Assembly (NCBI GenBank): GCA_964106645.2
Contig: OZ067048.1
Origin: Podarcis pityusensis
Lineage: Eukaryota
DNA length: 64,000 nt
Reading direction: 5' to 3' (one strand)
Shown here: one piece after another, positions 62,644 to 64,000 of the stretch
Position numbering within the stretch: the stretch's first letter is position 1
How the letters are laid out: each line of letters opens with the position of its first letter
The notes under the pieces: model-generated
The model's input: only the letters and a program-made list of their open reading frames with translations
Told to the model about the DNA's origin: nothing
Database searches by the model: none
Program-made: the position numbers and the translations under genes

Positions 62644-62753
62644 GAAAAAGAGCTCTGTTTCACAACGCTCTTTATAAGGAAGGTGTCAGAGGATAAGCCA
62701 TCATACTGGATGGTGCCGTGCATGTTCTTGTGGAAGGACGCAACCATATTGTG
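62644..62753 (-). mobile_element. Second RTE RT fragment, inverted relative to 60430-60995
   Basis: HNMVASFHKNMHGTIQYDGLSSDTFLIKSVVKQS; roughly 80% identical by eye to 60530-60639. Confidence 0.85.
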
Positions 62754-64000
62754 TATTGCTGTTCTGGCAGTGTTGATAAGAGGCCACACTTTCTGCTTTG
62801 TGCCATGGGTTCTCTTGATATACTTGATACAATCTTAACATTTACATAAGAAAACACTCAAAGACACATAATTTTCATATGCATATGGTTAGATAAGAGT
62901 CTATTAAGATATGCTCATCACAACCATTTCAGGTAGATGATTTCTTTAAAGAGTAAGTGATCTTTCATACGTTACTAAGTTGACAAACATTTTTAAGAAT
63001 CCAAGTAGAATACACACATTGCAGTCAACGTGGCACTTAACTGCAGTTCAACACTCATTAACTCACTCAGATTTACAGTCCCAACCAAGAGGAGCTGGCA
63101 TTATTTTTCATGGTAGAAATACACTAGTATCAAATTGCAGCTGGCTTGCATTAATGACTGGATCAAATAATGTCTAAGTAGTAAAGGTTTCAGGTTCATT
63201 GAAGCTTATCTCTTTTTAGTACTCAATTTCCCCCAACAGAGTTGCCAATTGTTTCTTGGGCCTTTGTCTTGGTCATTTTACCTAGCAGACCATTCTGTAC
63301 ATTAATTATTTGCTAAACGAACACATTACTCTTATAGACCATTCTCAATTTGTTTTTTGCTTTATTATTATGTACGCCTTGAAAGTCAAGTTATGTTTTC
63401 AATGTAGTGCTGATGTGAGGGGTAATCACAATCTATAAGAAATTATTATGTAATTCAATTATGTCCCTATTAAGCTTTCGGAAAAACCCTCTCATTATCC
63501 ATGCCTTTCAGGTGGGAGATCTTTCTGATTCTTTGTGGCTTGTAAAGTTCCTTAACAACTGTCCAACAAAGTTACAAAACTTAAGTGCTCTCTTTAATTT
63601 AGAAGGATCCTGATTCAAAGCAACATTTTAGGTGTTTTTTAAAAGAGCATTTTCAACAAATTGGCGGCACTTTTGTATTCAAGAAAGTAATTGTTTTATG
63701 GCATCATACACTGATTTAGTTCCAAAATACAAAAAAAAAAAAATAGTTTCAGGTAAAATAAAAAGCTGCAAGTCATGAGCACAAATGTAAGCTTTAGCCT
63801 CCAATTTTCAGATTCATTCCTGGGGGTGGACATGCTTGAACAGATTCTTCTGGCTCTGAATGCTTACTTGGACATTCCATTTGAAACTCATGTAAGGTGC
63901 TTCCAATTAAATTGTGTTTAATTTTTACTTACAGCATTTTATTGTTTGCTTAATGTAAAAAATACTGTATGCCTTGGATTGCTCTGTTGAGTCATTTAGG

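Noticed and set aside
1-64000. CRISPR arrays, rRNA, operons or other prokaryotic-type systems; intact autonomous transposons
   Set aside because: The sequence is intron-rich vertebrate DNA; there are no regularly spaced repeats, and all TE coding remnants are short and disrupted

Overview
AT-rich vertebrate genomic DNA, most likely from a squamate and probably a lacertid lizard, judged from a well-preserved Sauria SINE and other squamate-type repeats. It holds the 3' ends of two convergent genes. SLF1/ANKRD32 is on the + strand: nine coding exons from 1041 to the stop at 14416, including the ankyrin-repeat exons. MCTP1 is on the - strand: six coding exons from 56559 down to the stop at 26220, encoding the transmembrane and C-terminal region. 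All 15 exons were built by hand with GT-AG boundaries and consistent phases, and their peptides match the human proteins as I recall them; the same tail-to-tail pair exists at human 5q15. Nearly all ORFs in the supplied track are spurious or are exon read-throughs. The rest is introns and intergenic DNA carrying SINEs, CR1/L1/L2/RTE LINE fragments, hAT and Tigger-type MITEs, a candidate solo LTR and microsatellites. I found no convincing new biological system. The best leads are: SINEs with two different tRNA heads (Lys and Ile) on one CR1-derived tail; a Tigger1-like element with a foreign core; an internally deleted L1 with a perfect 15-bp TSD; a near-perfect hairpin hAT MITE; and candidate cryptic exons in SLF1. 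Repeat family names come from recalled consensus sequences and need RepeatMasker/Dfam confirmation.
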